Source of the DNA: Bacteroidales bacterium
GTDB taxonomy: Bacteria > Bacteroidota > Bacteroidia > Bacteroidales > UBA1402
NCBI GenBank assembly: GCA_012718945.1
Contig: JAAYBL010000144.1
Coordinates: 8,945-72,944, forward strand
DNA length: 64,000 nt
Reading direction: 5' to 3'
Made by a program: the position numbers and the translations under genes. This document shows, piece by piece, positions 8,907-18,013 of the stretch; the stretch's first letter is position 1, and every line of letters begins with the position of its first letter. The notes under the pieces were generated by a model. That model was not told the DNA's origin and made no database searches. It was given only the letters and a program-made list of their open reading frames with translations.

Positions 8907-11057
8907 ATGAAAACACCAAGATTGCTACTTTGTCTGCTTGCAACAAGCCTGGCCTCAACGTTATTGGCCCAACCATCCTATACCGACCCTGGTCTTTCAC
9001 ACGAGGTTCGTGCTCAGGACCTTTTGAATCGTCTCAGCCTGGAAGAAAAAGTTGCCCTCATGCAGGATAATTCGAAACCAATCCCCAGATTGGGCGTACC
9101 CGCGTTTGGTTGGTGGAACGAAGCCCTGCACGGTGTTGCACGCAGCGGTTACGCCACTGTTTTTCCGCAAGCCATCGGTATGGCCGCCACGTTTGATGAA
9201 GACGCCGTTTTCAGAACTTTCACGGCCGTCAGCGACGAGGCCAGAGCGAAAACCACCCACAACAAACAGGTGGAAAACAAACGGGGCAAGTACAAGAACC
9301 TGACTTTCTGGACGCCCAACATCAATATTTTCAGGGATCCGCGTTGGGGACGTGGCCAGGAAACCTACGGCGAAGATCCTTACCTGACCACACGCCTTGG
9401 GATTGCTGTCGTAAAAGGTATTCAAGGGCCTGATGACAGCCACTATGCCAAAGCCATGGCCTGCGCCAAACATTACGCCGTGCACAGCGGACCTGAATGG
9501 AACCGACACAGCTTCAACGCCGAAGCCATCAACCCCGAAGATTTGTGGGAAACCTACCTGCCTGCTTTCAAAGCCCTGGTAAAGGATGCCAATGTCAAAC
9601 AAGTGATGTGCGCCTACAACCGTTATGAAGGAAATCCTTGCTGCGGGAGCGACAAACTGTTGATCAACATCCTACGCGAAGGATGGAATTACCAACATGT
9701 GGTCGTGAGTGATTGTGGTGCCATTGATGATTTTTATGAAAAGGGCAAACACGAGACGCACGCTGATTCGGCGACCGCTTCCAGTGCTGCCGTACGGGCT
9801 GGCACCGACCTGGAATGCGGCAACAGCTACAGATCGCTGGTTAACGCCGTTCAGAAAGGGCTGATTGCTGAATCAGAACTGGATGTCAGCCTCAAGCGGT
9901 TGCTCAAGACACGCTTTGAGCTGGGCGATTTCGATGCCGACAGTCTGGTGCCCTGGACGCGCATTCCCATGAGCGTCGTCAACTGCGAAGCCCACCAACA
10001 ATTGGCCCTCGAGATGGCCAGGAAATCACTGGTGTTGCTTAAAAACGATAAAAGCGTGCTCCCATTGCCCTCTACAGCAGAAGGCTTGTTGGTGATGGGA
10101 CCCAACGCCGACAACGAAACCATGCAATGGGGTAACTACAACGGCACACCATACAAAACCATCACCATACTTCAAGGCCTGGAAGCAGCCCTAAACACAT
10201 CCTTGCCCCATATCAAGACTCCTCATGTGGTGGCTGAGGACAAGGTGCAGTCTACCGTCGATTCCTTGATGGCCCTTTTGCCGGCCTGTGAAAAGGTCAT
10301 CTTTGTGGGAGGCATCTCTCCCCGCCTGGAAGGTGAGCAGATGCGGGTCAACTTACCAGGTTTCAAGGGGGGCGACCGCACGACCATCGAACTACCTTCC
10401 GTCCAGCGCGCATTGGTCAAAGCCCTCGCAAAAGCCGGTAAACAAATCGTCTTTGTCAATTGCTCTGGGTCAGCCATGGGGCTGTCAGAGGAAGACAAGG
10501 TGTGCAGAGCCATCCTGCAAGCTTGGTACCCCGGGGAAAAAGGGGGACAAGCCGTTGCCGATGTCCTGTTTGGAAAGTACAACCCATCCGGTCGATTGCC
10601 CATCACCTTTTACACGGGCGACAACCAACTGCCCGACTTCGAGGATTACAGCATGAAGGGCAGGACTTATCGTTTTCTGGAAACCAAACCCCTCTACCCC
10701 TTCGGGTACGGTCTGAGCTATACCAATTTCACGTATAGCAACCCCAGTATCGACAAAAGTGCTAAAACGGTTTCCGTTACAGTGACCAACACGGGTAAAC
10801 GAAGCGGTGAAGAAGTGGTGCAACTCTACGTACAACGAACCGCCCCGCAAGCCAGAGCCAAAGCCCTCAGAGGCTTCAAACGCATCTCACTTCAACCAGG
10901 AGCTTCCATGGTGGTGACCTTCGAACTGGACGAAGCGACCCTAGCGTTCTACGACGCCAAATCGGGCGATGTAGCAGCTTTACCAGGCACTTACCAGTTG
11001 GAAGTAGGTAGCAGTTCGGCATCAGAAACCTGCAAACGAGTCGTATTCCATTTGTAA
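8907..11057 (+). CDS. Glycoside hydrolase family 3 (beta-glucosidase/beta-xylosidase type), secreted
   Basis: The GH3 N-terminal, C-terminal and Fn3-like organisation is recognisable (WNEALHG, KHYAVHSGPE, VVSDCGAIDD, GYGLSYT). Signal peptide MKTPRLLLCLLATSLASTLLAQ. The track start at 8880 is a TTG inside the -7 box. Confidence 0.9.
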   Translation: MKTPRLLLCLLATSLASTLLAQPSYTDPGLSHEVRAQDLLNRLSLEEKVALMQDNSKPIPRLGVPAFGWWNEALHGVARSGYATVFPQAIGMAATFDEDAVFRTFTAVSDEARAKTTHNKQVENKRGKYKNLTFWTPNINIFRDPRWGRGQETYGEDPYLTTRLGIAVVKGIQGPDDSHYAKAMACAKHYAVHSGPEWNRHSFNAEAINPEDLWETYLPAFKALVKDANVKQVMCAYNRYEGNPCCGSDKLLINILREGWNYQHVVVSDCGAIDDFYEKGKHETHADSATASSAAVRAGTDLECGNSYRSLVNAVQKGLIAESELDVSLKRLLKTRFELGDFDADSLVPWTRIPMSVVNCEAHQQLALEMARKSLVLLKNDKSVLPLPSTAEGLLVMGPNADNETMQWGNYNGTPYKTITILQGLEAALNTSLPHIKTPHVVAEDKVQSTVDSLMALLPACEKVIFVGGISPRLEGEQMRVNLPGFKGGDRTTIELPSVQRALVKALAKAGKQIVFVNCSGSAMGLSEEDKVCRAILQAWYPGEKGGQAVADVLFGKYNPSGRLPITFYTGDNQLPDFEDYSMKGRTYRFLETKPLYPFGYGLSYTNFTYSNPSIDKSAKTVSVTVTNTGKRSGEEVVQLYVQRTAPQARAKALRGFKRISLQPGASMVVTFELDEATLAFYDAKSGDVAALPGTYQLEVGSSSASETCKRVVFHL

Positions 11058-11084
11058 AGTACAAAGGAACTTAACGAACAATCG

Positions 11085-11873
11085 TTAGTCCTCATCCTGG
11101 AGACCGGCTGCGGCAGCCTCATCCAGCAGCCAACACAAACGGCCATCAATCGGAGCCACCAAGGTAGCCGGCAACGTGGCAGTTTCGTTTGAACCACCAG
11201 TTTCGCAGGAAGCAACCTGGCGCCTGATCGTTGCTATGATGGACGCTTTACTGGCCCCCGTCACTAAAAAGGCGACAGCAGAAGCCCTATTGATGAGAGA
11301 ACCAGTCAAGGTCACCCTAGCCTGGCCTGTCACAGGATGCACCACAGCCTCACACCACTGATTAGTATTGAACAACGCTTCATTGCCAGGGAAAATGGAG
11401 GCCGTATGCCCGTCGTCACCCAGGCCCAACACCACTAAATCGAAACAAGGGAAACCACCTGTAAGGGGCAGCATCGTTTGAAGCAAGTCGCGGTACCGCT
11501 TAACCTCACAAAGAGGATCGTTTTCCCCCCTGATGCGGTGAACTTGATCATTGGGAATCTCCAATGGATCCAACAAGTGCACTTTGGTCATCCTGTAATT
11601 ACTGTCCAGGTCTTCGGGCGACACACAGCGCTCATCGCCCCAAAAAAAACGTATGGTCTGCCATGGTAGGCCTGGCTGTCCTGCGGACACAGCGTCTTTC
11701 TCCAGGGCCACCAAGGCATCAAACAACGCAGCCGGGGTAGAACCACCTGAAAGGGCTATGTTGAAAAACCGACCTGCAGGCAATGACGACAACGCATCGT
11801 TTAGCCATTGACGGCAGAATCTAGCCATCGCTTGAATAGATGCAAAAGTCTCCATGGATTTCATAAAGCACAA
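11085..11873 (-). CDS. pgl: 6-phosphogluconolactonase
   Basis: Motifs LSGGSTP and LGLGDDGHTASIFPG. It overlaps the 3' end of zwf by 13 nt. Confidence 0.85.
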   Translation of the reverse strand: MCFMKSMETFASIQAMARFCRQWLNDALSSLPAGRFFNIALSGGSTPAALFDALVALEKDAVSAGQPGLPWQTIRFFWGDERCVSPEDLDSNYRMTKVHLLDPLEIPNDQVHRIRGENDPLCEVKRYRDLLQTMLPLTGGFPCFDLVVLGLGDDGHTASIFPGNEALFNTNQWCEAVVHPVTGQARVTLTGSLINRASAVAFLVTGASKASIIATIRRQVASCETGGSNETATLPATLVAPIDGRLCWLLDEAAAAGLQDED

Positions 11874-13378
11874 TATTGACCGTCTTCACCCAGATTCTTA
11901 CAGGGGTAGTGCCAGCCTTCGGGGTAATCGTCTATCAGACCATTGGCCAACACCGGCCCAAAGGTGCCGGCAGGGTAAAATTCCAGAGAAGCCTTTTCTT
12001 CCGCCCACACCCGCTGTATGGGGGCCACAAAACGCCAGGCAGCTTCGACAGCATCGGCTCTGGCGTAAAGGGTGGAATCGCCCAGCATGGCATCATACAG
12101 AAGACGTTCATAGGCTGATGGCAGATGTTTGTCTGACAGTTCGTCGTAGTGAAAATCCAGGTTGACAGGTTTCACAATAAATCCGGCACCCGGTTGTTTC
12201 ATCCCCACCTTGAGCAAGATGCCTTCGTCGGGTTGAATGCGGATGATGAGTTTATTGCAACAAGTCTGTTCCTGATGCCCCTTGAAAAGCATCAACGGAG
12301 TCGGTTTAAAATGAACCACAATCTCAGTTACGGAGATGGGCATACGCTTGCCGGTCCGGACATAGAAAGGCACGCCGCCCCAACGCCAATTGTCAATGAA
12401 AAATTTGACAGCCACGTAGGTTTCTGTCATGGAGTGAGGCTCCACTCCAGGTTCTTCCCTGTAACCAACCACATCTTTCCCTTGTACCTGAGCGGCTCTG
12501 TACTGCCCTCTTACTACTTGCAAGGGCACATCCTCCTCCCGTATTGGTTTGAGCGCTTGCAGCACCTTGAATGTTTCGTTGCGTATAGCATCGGGGGCCA
12601 TGGAAGAGGGTGGCTCCATGGCTGTGAAACCGACCACCTGCAGCAAGTGGTTCTGTAGCATATCCCTCAATGCTCCTGCCCCTTCATAATACCCTCCCCG
12701 GCTACCGACGCCCAGGCTTTCAGCTGCGGTGATTTCCACATGATGAACGAAATTACGGTTCCACAGAGGTTCAAAAATGCCGTTGGAGAAACGTAAAACC
12801 AACAGATTCTGTACCGTTTCCTTGCCCAAGTAATGGTCAATGCGGTAGATTTGATCTTCCTTAAACGTGGCGTGCAAATCGTCGTTCAAGCGGTGACTAC
12901 TGGCCAGGTCATAGCCAAAGGGTTTTTCCACAATGAGGCGTCTGAATCCCCCCACCTCCTGGTTGAGTCCCACCGATGCCAGGTTGGTGGCAACGGTGCC
13001 AAAGAGACTCGGCACTAACGAAAGGTAAAACACGATGTTGGTGGCTCCGCGATCCAGTTTGGTTTCCAGCAGCGCCTTCAAACCTTGGTAGCTCGTTGCA
13101 TCGGCCGGATCCATGGCATGATACGTCAATCGACCACAAAATTCCTGCACCTTGGCTTCATTCAAATGGTAGGGCTCTGAAAAGGCTCTTATGCCTTCCG
13201 TCATTTTACCCCTGAAGGTTTCATCACTCAGCGTTGTACGGCTGACACCGATAACCTCAAAATGCGTAGGCAATAGCTTCTGGTGGTGCAAAGCATACAA
13301 GGCTGGCATAAGCTTGCGGTATGTCAAATCGCCTGAGGCCCCGAAAATAACGAGTATTTGATCATTGGGTATCTGCAT
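11861..13378 (-). CDS. zwf: Glucose-6-phosphate dehydrogenase
   Basis: NADP site IFGASGDLTYRKLMPALY, active-site peptide RIDHYLGKE, 505 aa. Confidence 0.95.
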   Translation of the reverse strand: MQIPNDQILVIFGASGDLTYRKLMPALYALHHQKLLPTHFEVIGVSRTTLSDETFRGKMTEGIRAFSEPYHLNEAKVQEFCGRLTYHAMDPADATSYQGLKALLETKLDRGATNIVFYLSLVPSLFGTVATNLASVGLNQEVGGFRRLIVEKPFGYDLASSHRLNDDLHATFKEDQIYRIDHYLGKETVQNLLVLRFSNGIFEPLWNRNFVHHVEITAAESLGVGSRGGYYEGAGALRDMLQNHLLQVVGFTAMEPPSSMAPDAIRNETFKVLQALKPIREEDVPLQVVRGQYRAAQVQGKDVVGYREEPGVEPHSMTETYVAVKFFIDNWRWGGVPFYVRTGKRMPISVTEIVVHFKPTPLMLFKGHQEQTCCNKLIIRIQPDEGILLKVGMKQPGAGFIVKPVNLDFHYDELSDKHLPSAYERLLYDAMLGDSTLYARADAVEAAWRFVAPIQRVWAEEKASLEFYPAGTFGPVLANGLIDDYPEGWHYPCKNLGEDGQYCAL

Positions 13379-13407
13379 GCTTTTTTAGATAGTTGGTTAT
13401 ATAATTA

Positions 13408-13415
13408 CAAATATA
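13408..13415 (-). promoter_or_regulatory. Putative -7 box TATATTTG for zwf-pgl
   Basis: The reverse complement of caaatata matches TAnnTTTG. It lies about 30 nt upstream of ATG 13378. Confidence 0.4.
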
Positions 13416-13604
13416 CAACTTAGATGGTCGGTTGGTATCTATCCCCTCAGATCTTCACTGCAAGACGGCTGTTTCGCATTATTTACCCCTCCTGTTTGAC
13501 GGTTTTTTAGACCTCTTTCTTCTGAAAAAGTTGTTTCTTTGTGACATTCGTTGGAGACCAGAACCTTGATCTTTTCCGACTTTAACTGTAACACAAACAC
13601 TCCC

Positions 13605-15521
13605 ATGAAACGCAGCTTTTTCTCAACCAACAATAACCGTCTGTGGCTTGGCAGCCTTCTGTTGGGCAGCCTGGCTTTACTCAACCTTACAGCCTGTGAC
13701 TCGGACGATATTGATGGCAACCTCTATACCAAGATTGTTCCCAACGTCGGGGAATACTTAAACGACTACCCGGCCGCATACTCTGAATTCACGGCCATTC
13801 TTGACACGACTGGCGTAATGGGATTGCTGAGTACATATGGTTCATATACCTGCTTTGTTCCCGACAACGATGCCATGGCACTCTACTACCAAAGCAAGGG
13901 CAAACAAGGTTGGAGAGATTTTGAAACGGACAGCCTCAAACAGTTCGCTTATGACCACATCATCATGGGTTGGACTATCCATGCCAATGAATTCCCGAAA
14001 GCCGGACGTATTCCCTACATTTCCATGAGCGATCGTTACATTTCCATCAATCTGCAGGAAAACGGCGATTTATTGGTCAATGGCAATGCACGGGTTAAGG
14101 AAAGGGATATTGAGGTGCACAATGGCATCATCCACCGGATAGAAATGGCGTTGAATCCTGTCAGGGATGGCATCCTTGAAGTTGTTGCCAAAGACTCCAT
14201 GTTCGGCCTGTTTTACCAAGCCCTGGAAGCAACAGGGCTAGCCGACTCCTTGTTGGATGAAGAAGACAAAACATACGATCCCGAATTGTATGAGGACTTG
14301 ATCAACACCCGTCTTGAAGACAAAAACTGGTTTTACGAAACCCTCCCACAGCGCCGTTTGTTTGGCTATACCCTGTTGATGGAAAGCGATGCAACCTTTG
14401 CAGCCAATGGCGTCACCGACCTTCCCAGCTTAATCGCCAAGGCCGCCAGCATATACGACGAGGTTTACCCTGAAGATGCCGGCATCAAAGCCCTTACGGA
14501 CAGACGCAACAGCCTGAACCGCTTCATCGCGTATCACCTCATCACCAAGGAGCTGGGCTACACCCGTTTCATCGACGACTACGATACCGATCAGATGATC
14601 AAGACCAGAGACATGTATGAGTACATTGAAACCATGTGTCCCAATACACTGATTGAGGTACGCAAACGTCGCAGCGCCAATGGCGTCAACGTGATAAACT
14701 GGGATCCCACCACAAACACATCGGTCAAGATTGTACGATCCAACTCTGATAAGGAAGCCGGAAACGGTGTGTATCATGAAATTGACAACCTGCTGGTATA
14801 CAGCAAGGAGGTACACACCATGCTGAGCACCAAGCGACTTCGTTTCGACTCCTCCAGTTTGTTTGACGAATTGGCCAACAACAACATGAGGGGGCGCGGC
14901 GTTACCGATCCCAACCTGCGATTCCTTCTACCCAGGGGTTACCTGAAAAGGGTCACCAGCTCTGAACAAACCACGCTGGGTTATTTGACAGGGTATCCAA
15001 AATACCAGAACTACGAAGGAGATGAAATCTTCCTGAGGGCCAAGAAGGGCAGTCTGTACGATTTCACCATCGAATCGTTACCCATACCAGAAGGCACCTA
15101 TGAGGTGCGGTTTGGCTACGGTGCCAACAGTAATCGTGGTGTTGCTCAGCTCTACTTTGATGGAGAGCCCTGTGGTGTACCCTTGAACTTAGCCAACCTC
15201 GGCTCAGATGCAGCCATCGGTTTCGAAGCCCCTGGCACCAAAGATGATGACGTCGATGGTTTCCAGAACGACAAGATGATGCGCAACCGCGGTTACATGA
15301 AGGCGCCCGCTGTTTTCCGCGCTCCCAATGATGAATGGTTCAAAGGCCAGGAGGATTCAAGGCACAGCCCCAACCTGCTAAGACGTATTCTGGGTATATT
15401 CAGGTTTACCGAAGCCGGCACCCACACCCTTGGCGTAAAAGGCCTCAGTGGTGGTGAATTCATGTTTGACTACCTTGAATTCGTGCCCACCAGCATCCTT
15501 GAAACAGAAGACATCTATTAA
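13605..15521 (+). CDS. Fasciclin (FAS1) domain lipoprotein with an uncharacterised C-terminal beta-rich domain
   Basis: Lipobox LLNLTAC. FAS1-like segments include TCFVPDNDAM and NGIIHRIEMAL. I prefer ATG 13605 (MKRSFF...) over the longer ORF that begins at 13551. Confidence 0.7.
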   Translation: MKRSFFSTNNNRLWLGSLLLGSLALLNLTACDSDDIDGNLYTKIVPNVGEYLNDYPAAYSEFTAILDTTGVMGLLSTYGSYTCFVPDNDAMALYYQSKGKQGWRDFETDSLKQFAYDHIIMGWTIHANEFPKAGRIPYISMSDRYISINLQENGDLLVNGNARVKERDIEVHNGIIHRIEMALNPVRDGILEVVAKDSMFGLFYQALEATGLADSLLDEEDKTYDPELYEDLINTRLEDKNWFYETLPQRRLFGYTLLMESDATFAANGVTDLPSLIAKAASIYDEVYPEDAGIKALTDRRNSLNRFIAYHLITKELGYTRFIDDYDTDQMIKTRDMYEYIETMCPNTLIEVRKRRSANGVNVINWDPTTNTSVKIVRSNSDKEAGNGVYHEIDNLLVYSKEVHTMLSTKRLRFDSSSLFDELANNNMRGRGVTDPNLRFLLPRGYLKRVTSSEQTTLGYLTGYPKYQNYEGDEIFLRAKKGSLYDFTIESLPIPEGTYEVRFGYGANSNRGVAQLYFDGEPCGVPLNLANLGSDAAIGFEAPGTKDDDVDGFQNDKMMRNRGYMKAPAVFRAPNDEWFKGQEDSRHSPNLLRRILGIFRFTEAGTHTLGVKGLSGGEFMFDYLEFVPTSILETEDIY

Positions 15522-15528
15522 ATCTTTC

Positions 15529-16266
15529 TTAGAAAAGATACCCCAACGAAACCATCAGACGTTGTTGGTTCATGTTGTAAAAGGGGTTGTAATTGATATT
15601 GGTGAGGGGGTAAGGTGTTTCTTTACCCATCCGGGTTGTCGTCAAACGATGGTTGACCTCCAATTGCCAGTTGTTACGTTGAATTCCAATGCCATAACCG
15701 TACCCACCCAGCAAAGTATTGAACGCAAATTTATCGTTCAGGGTCGTGTAGTCTTCCGGCTTATCATTCATGGATCCAGCCAGTCGCACACTCAAGAAAG
15801 GAGCGAACTGGGCAAAGAAAAGGGTCTGTTTATAACGGATACCGGCCTGGATGTTCAGGGGTAATTCCAAATCATAGGTTCTCAGCACGTAGCTACTCTC
15901 TGTTAACCCCATGCTGGTAAAATGGCTGTTTGCAGCAATGTTCAAAAGCCCCCCCCCCGTTGTGAACAAGCATTCAGGCTGGACGGCCAGTCCCCAGGCA
16001 AAATCACTCCAGAACGTCTTCTTTCTCGCAACCGGCTTCGTTGCGTCAATCTTCTTGAAGGCCTGACCAAGGGGACTGTATTGGATAAAAATCCCAACAT
16101 GGCCATTGACTATCGGGTCCACATCGCTCAATAGCAAAGAGGTGGTTTTAAGGTCTGTCATACTGGCTCCACCTTTTAGACCAGTTCTCAGTTGAGCTTG
16201 AGTAAGGTTGGGCATTAAAAGGGCAAAAAAACCAATCAGCAGGCAGGCATGAAGCTTTCGTTTCAT
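15529..16266 (-). CDS. Outer-membrane beta-barrel protein (small porin/PorT-like family)
   Basis: Signal peptide ending in LTQAQ. The sequence shows alternating beta-strand character with an aromatic C-terminus ...MVSLGYLF. Confidence 0.6.
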   Translation of the reverse strand: MKRKLHACLLIGFFALLMPNLTQAQLRTGLKGGASMTDLKTTSLLLSDVDPIVNGHVGIFIQYSPLGQAFKKIDATKPVARKKTFWSDFAWGLAVQPECLFTTGGGLLNIAANSHFTSMGLTESSYVLRTYDLELPLNIQAGIRYKQTLFFAQFAPFLSVRLAGSMNDKPEDYTTLNDKFAFNTLLGGYGYGIGIQRNNWQLEVNHRLTTTRMGKETPYPLTNINYNPFYNMNQQRLMVSLGYLF

Positions 16267-16352
16267 AGTGATTTTATAGAGGGTTAGTACGTTCTGAGTC
16301 GGTAAAAGTAACCATATTCACTCTCCTGGCAAAAATCCGGCCAGGAATAACT

Positions 16353-16405
16353 AAAAAACCGTCTTCAACTGCGAAACCAACAGGGGTTTTCCAGTGAAGA
16401 CGGTT
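16353..16405 (-). terminator. Rho-independent terminator downstream of the lysine-rich gene
   Basis: AACCGTCTTCAACTG pairs with CAGTGAAGACGGTT (14 bp with one bulge, 20-nt loop). A TTTTTT run follows on the minus strand. Confidence 0.55.
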
Positions 16406-16445
16406 GATGGGGTTATAATCCTACATAAGTAGGTTTATTCAATAT

Positions 16446-16904
16446 TTATTCAAGCTCCAACCGACTAATTTCTTTTTTTAGCGCCTCTAGAGCGGCTTTT
16501 TTTTTAGCCAAATCCTTTGCTTTGCGGTTTTGCTTTTCTTCTGATTCTTTTTGCTTGGCAACAACCTTGGCTTCTTCAATTTTTACTTTGACATCTTCCA
16601 CTTTGCTGAACAACTTCAACAATTGTTTTTCTGTCATTTTTGCTCCCTCTTTTTTTATTGCTTTAAAGAGCGCATCTACAGCCTCAATAACACCTTCAGC
16701 CTTGTTTACAATAGGTTGATCAGCGCCGGCTTGTTTTTTCATCCGACTTTTTACTTGAGCTAATGTCTTTTTCTTTTCCGTCTCGGAGAGGGCTTTGAAT
16801 GCTGCAATCTTTTCTGCAGACTTGCCCGTCAAATAAACTTTCTCAGCTTCCAAATAGGCAGAATAAGGCAGTGGCTTTTTTCCTCTTTTGCTTTTCGTTT
16901 CCAT
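16446..16904 (-). CDS. Lysine/glutamate/alanine-rich coiled-coil protein, function unknown
   Basis: The ORF is 152 aa from ATG 16904 (METKSKRGKK...). I count 35 Lys. No signal peptide is visible. The gene has its own -7 box and terminator and sits in an AT-rich islet. Confidence 0.6.
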   Translation of the reverse strand: METKSKRGKKPLPYSAYLEAEKVYLTGKSAEKIAAFKALSETEKKKTLAQVKSRMKKQAGADQPIVNKAEGVIEAVDALFKAIKKEGAKMTEKQLLKLFSKVEDVKVKIEEAKVVAKQKESEEKQNRKAKDLAKKKAALEALKKEISRLELE

Positions 16905-16935
16905 GTTCTTAAAATGAATATGTTTAACAACCGCA

Positions 16936-16943
16936 CAAATATA
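16936..16943 (-). promoter_or_regulatory. Putative -7 box TATATTTG for the lysine-rich gene
   Basis: The reverse complement of caaatata matches TAnnTTTG. It lies about 32 nt upstream of ATG 16904. Confidence 0.4.
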
Positions 16944-17064
16944 CACATTTGTGAAAATAAACAAAAGATTTTACGTGTTATTATCAATTTTTTTCAATTT
17001 AATGCCAAATACCTAACCTCAACCCCATAAAATGGTTCCTTATAAGGGCTCACATTTTGTCGCC

Positions 17065-17994
17065 TTACTCGCGGAAAGCCAGAATGGTACGATAGACCCG
17101 TTGTTTAATTTCTTCGGCTGTCGGATTGAGTTCTTCTTTGCTGAATGTGCCATTTTCGGGATCAATCCGGTCATACACCATATTATACAGCTCAAAAATA
17201 ATGGACAAACTGAGGCGGTATCGGGGTTCCAGCAGGGGAGTCACTGTCTTGATCATCTCGCTGGTCTGCTCTTTGTACAAGGTAGCCTGCTGATAGTAGG
17301 CACGTACGACACGCCTGAACGCATCGGGGACAACATCGGCTTTGGCAATCAAGGGTAAGTCGGCCCTGGTTAGCCCCTCTTTCGCCAGCATATCATCGGC
17401 AAAATAGGTCAGGTTGTTGTCGGTGTCTTTGCGAAAATCCCTTATAATGTGTACGAAGTAGCTGAACATGGCACAGGGAGTGGCTGCGGCTCGAACATCA
17501 AAACTCGGTTTGAGGTACGCACCGTTTTTTGCCCTTAGCCCGCACAAGTGTACGAAAATGGAAGCGGGAGCTACCGAAGCGCCTTTACTATAATCCACAA
17601 ACGCCTTGAGTGTTGGGAAGCCATCGTGCATGATGTCGTACACCATCGACCGGGCAAAGGAGCGCATGGGCCAGAGTGGGATTCTAAAGCGTTCAAACGT
17701 TTCCACAACGGCCTGATGTTCGGCGCCTTTTCTGGCACCTTCCAGCAGACTACTTGTCCAGGCATTGACACCATTCATCAATTCTTCCCGATCGGCATCG
17801 GTTAAAACCGGGTGCTCCGTTTTAAAATTATCCACCAAATCGTCAACGGCACGCATAAGGGTATAACAGGTCCTGGCAGCCTGGTAACGGTCTTCATCCC
17901 AGAAATTGGCGGCAATTAAAATGTTGGGATGATCTTTAATGGCGTTGAAATCGATGGATTCAAACTGAGCCAGGGCGGTTTCTTGCGTTGTCAT
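17065..17994 (-). CDS. crtB: Phytoene/squalene synthase family protein (phytoene or dehydrosqualene synthase)
   Basis: Asp-rich motifs AVDDLVDN and YFADDML. It lies immediately downstream of crtI with a 19-nt gap. Confidence 0.75.
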   Translation of the reverse strand: MTTQETALAQFESIDFNAIKDHPNILIAANFWDEDRYQAARTCYTLMRAVDDLVDNFKTEHPVLTDADREELMNGVNAWTSSLLEGARKGAEHQAVVETFERFRIPLWPMRSFARSMVYDIMHDGFPTLKAFVDYSKGASVAPASIFVHLCGLRAKNGAYLKPSFDVRAAATPCAMFSYFVHIIRDFRKDTDNNLTYFADDMLAKEGLTRADLPLIAKADVVPDAFRRVVRAYYQQATLYKEQTSEMIKTVTPLLEPRYRLSLSIIFELYNMVYDRIDPENGTFSKEELNPTAEEIKQRVYRTILAFRE

Positions 17995-18013
17995 GGCGAG
18001 ATTGGTTACGAGG

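Noticed and set aside
11085-13378. zwf-pgl without an adjacent gnd as a pathway anomaly
   Set aside because: The gnd gene can be located elsewhere in the genome. Its absence from a 64-kb window is not informative.
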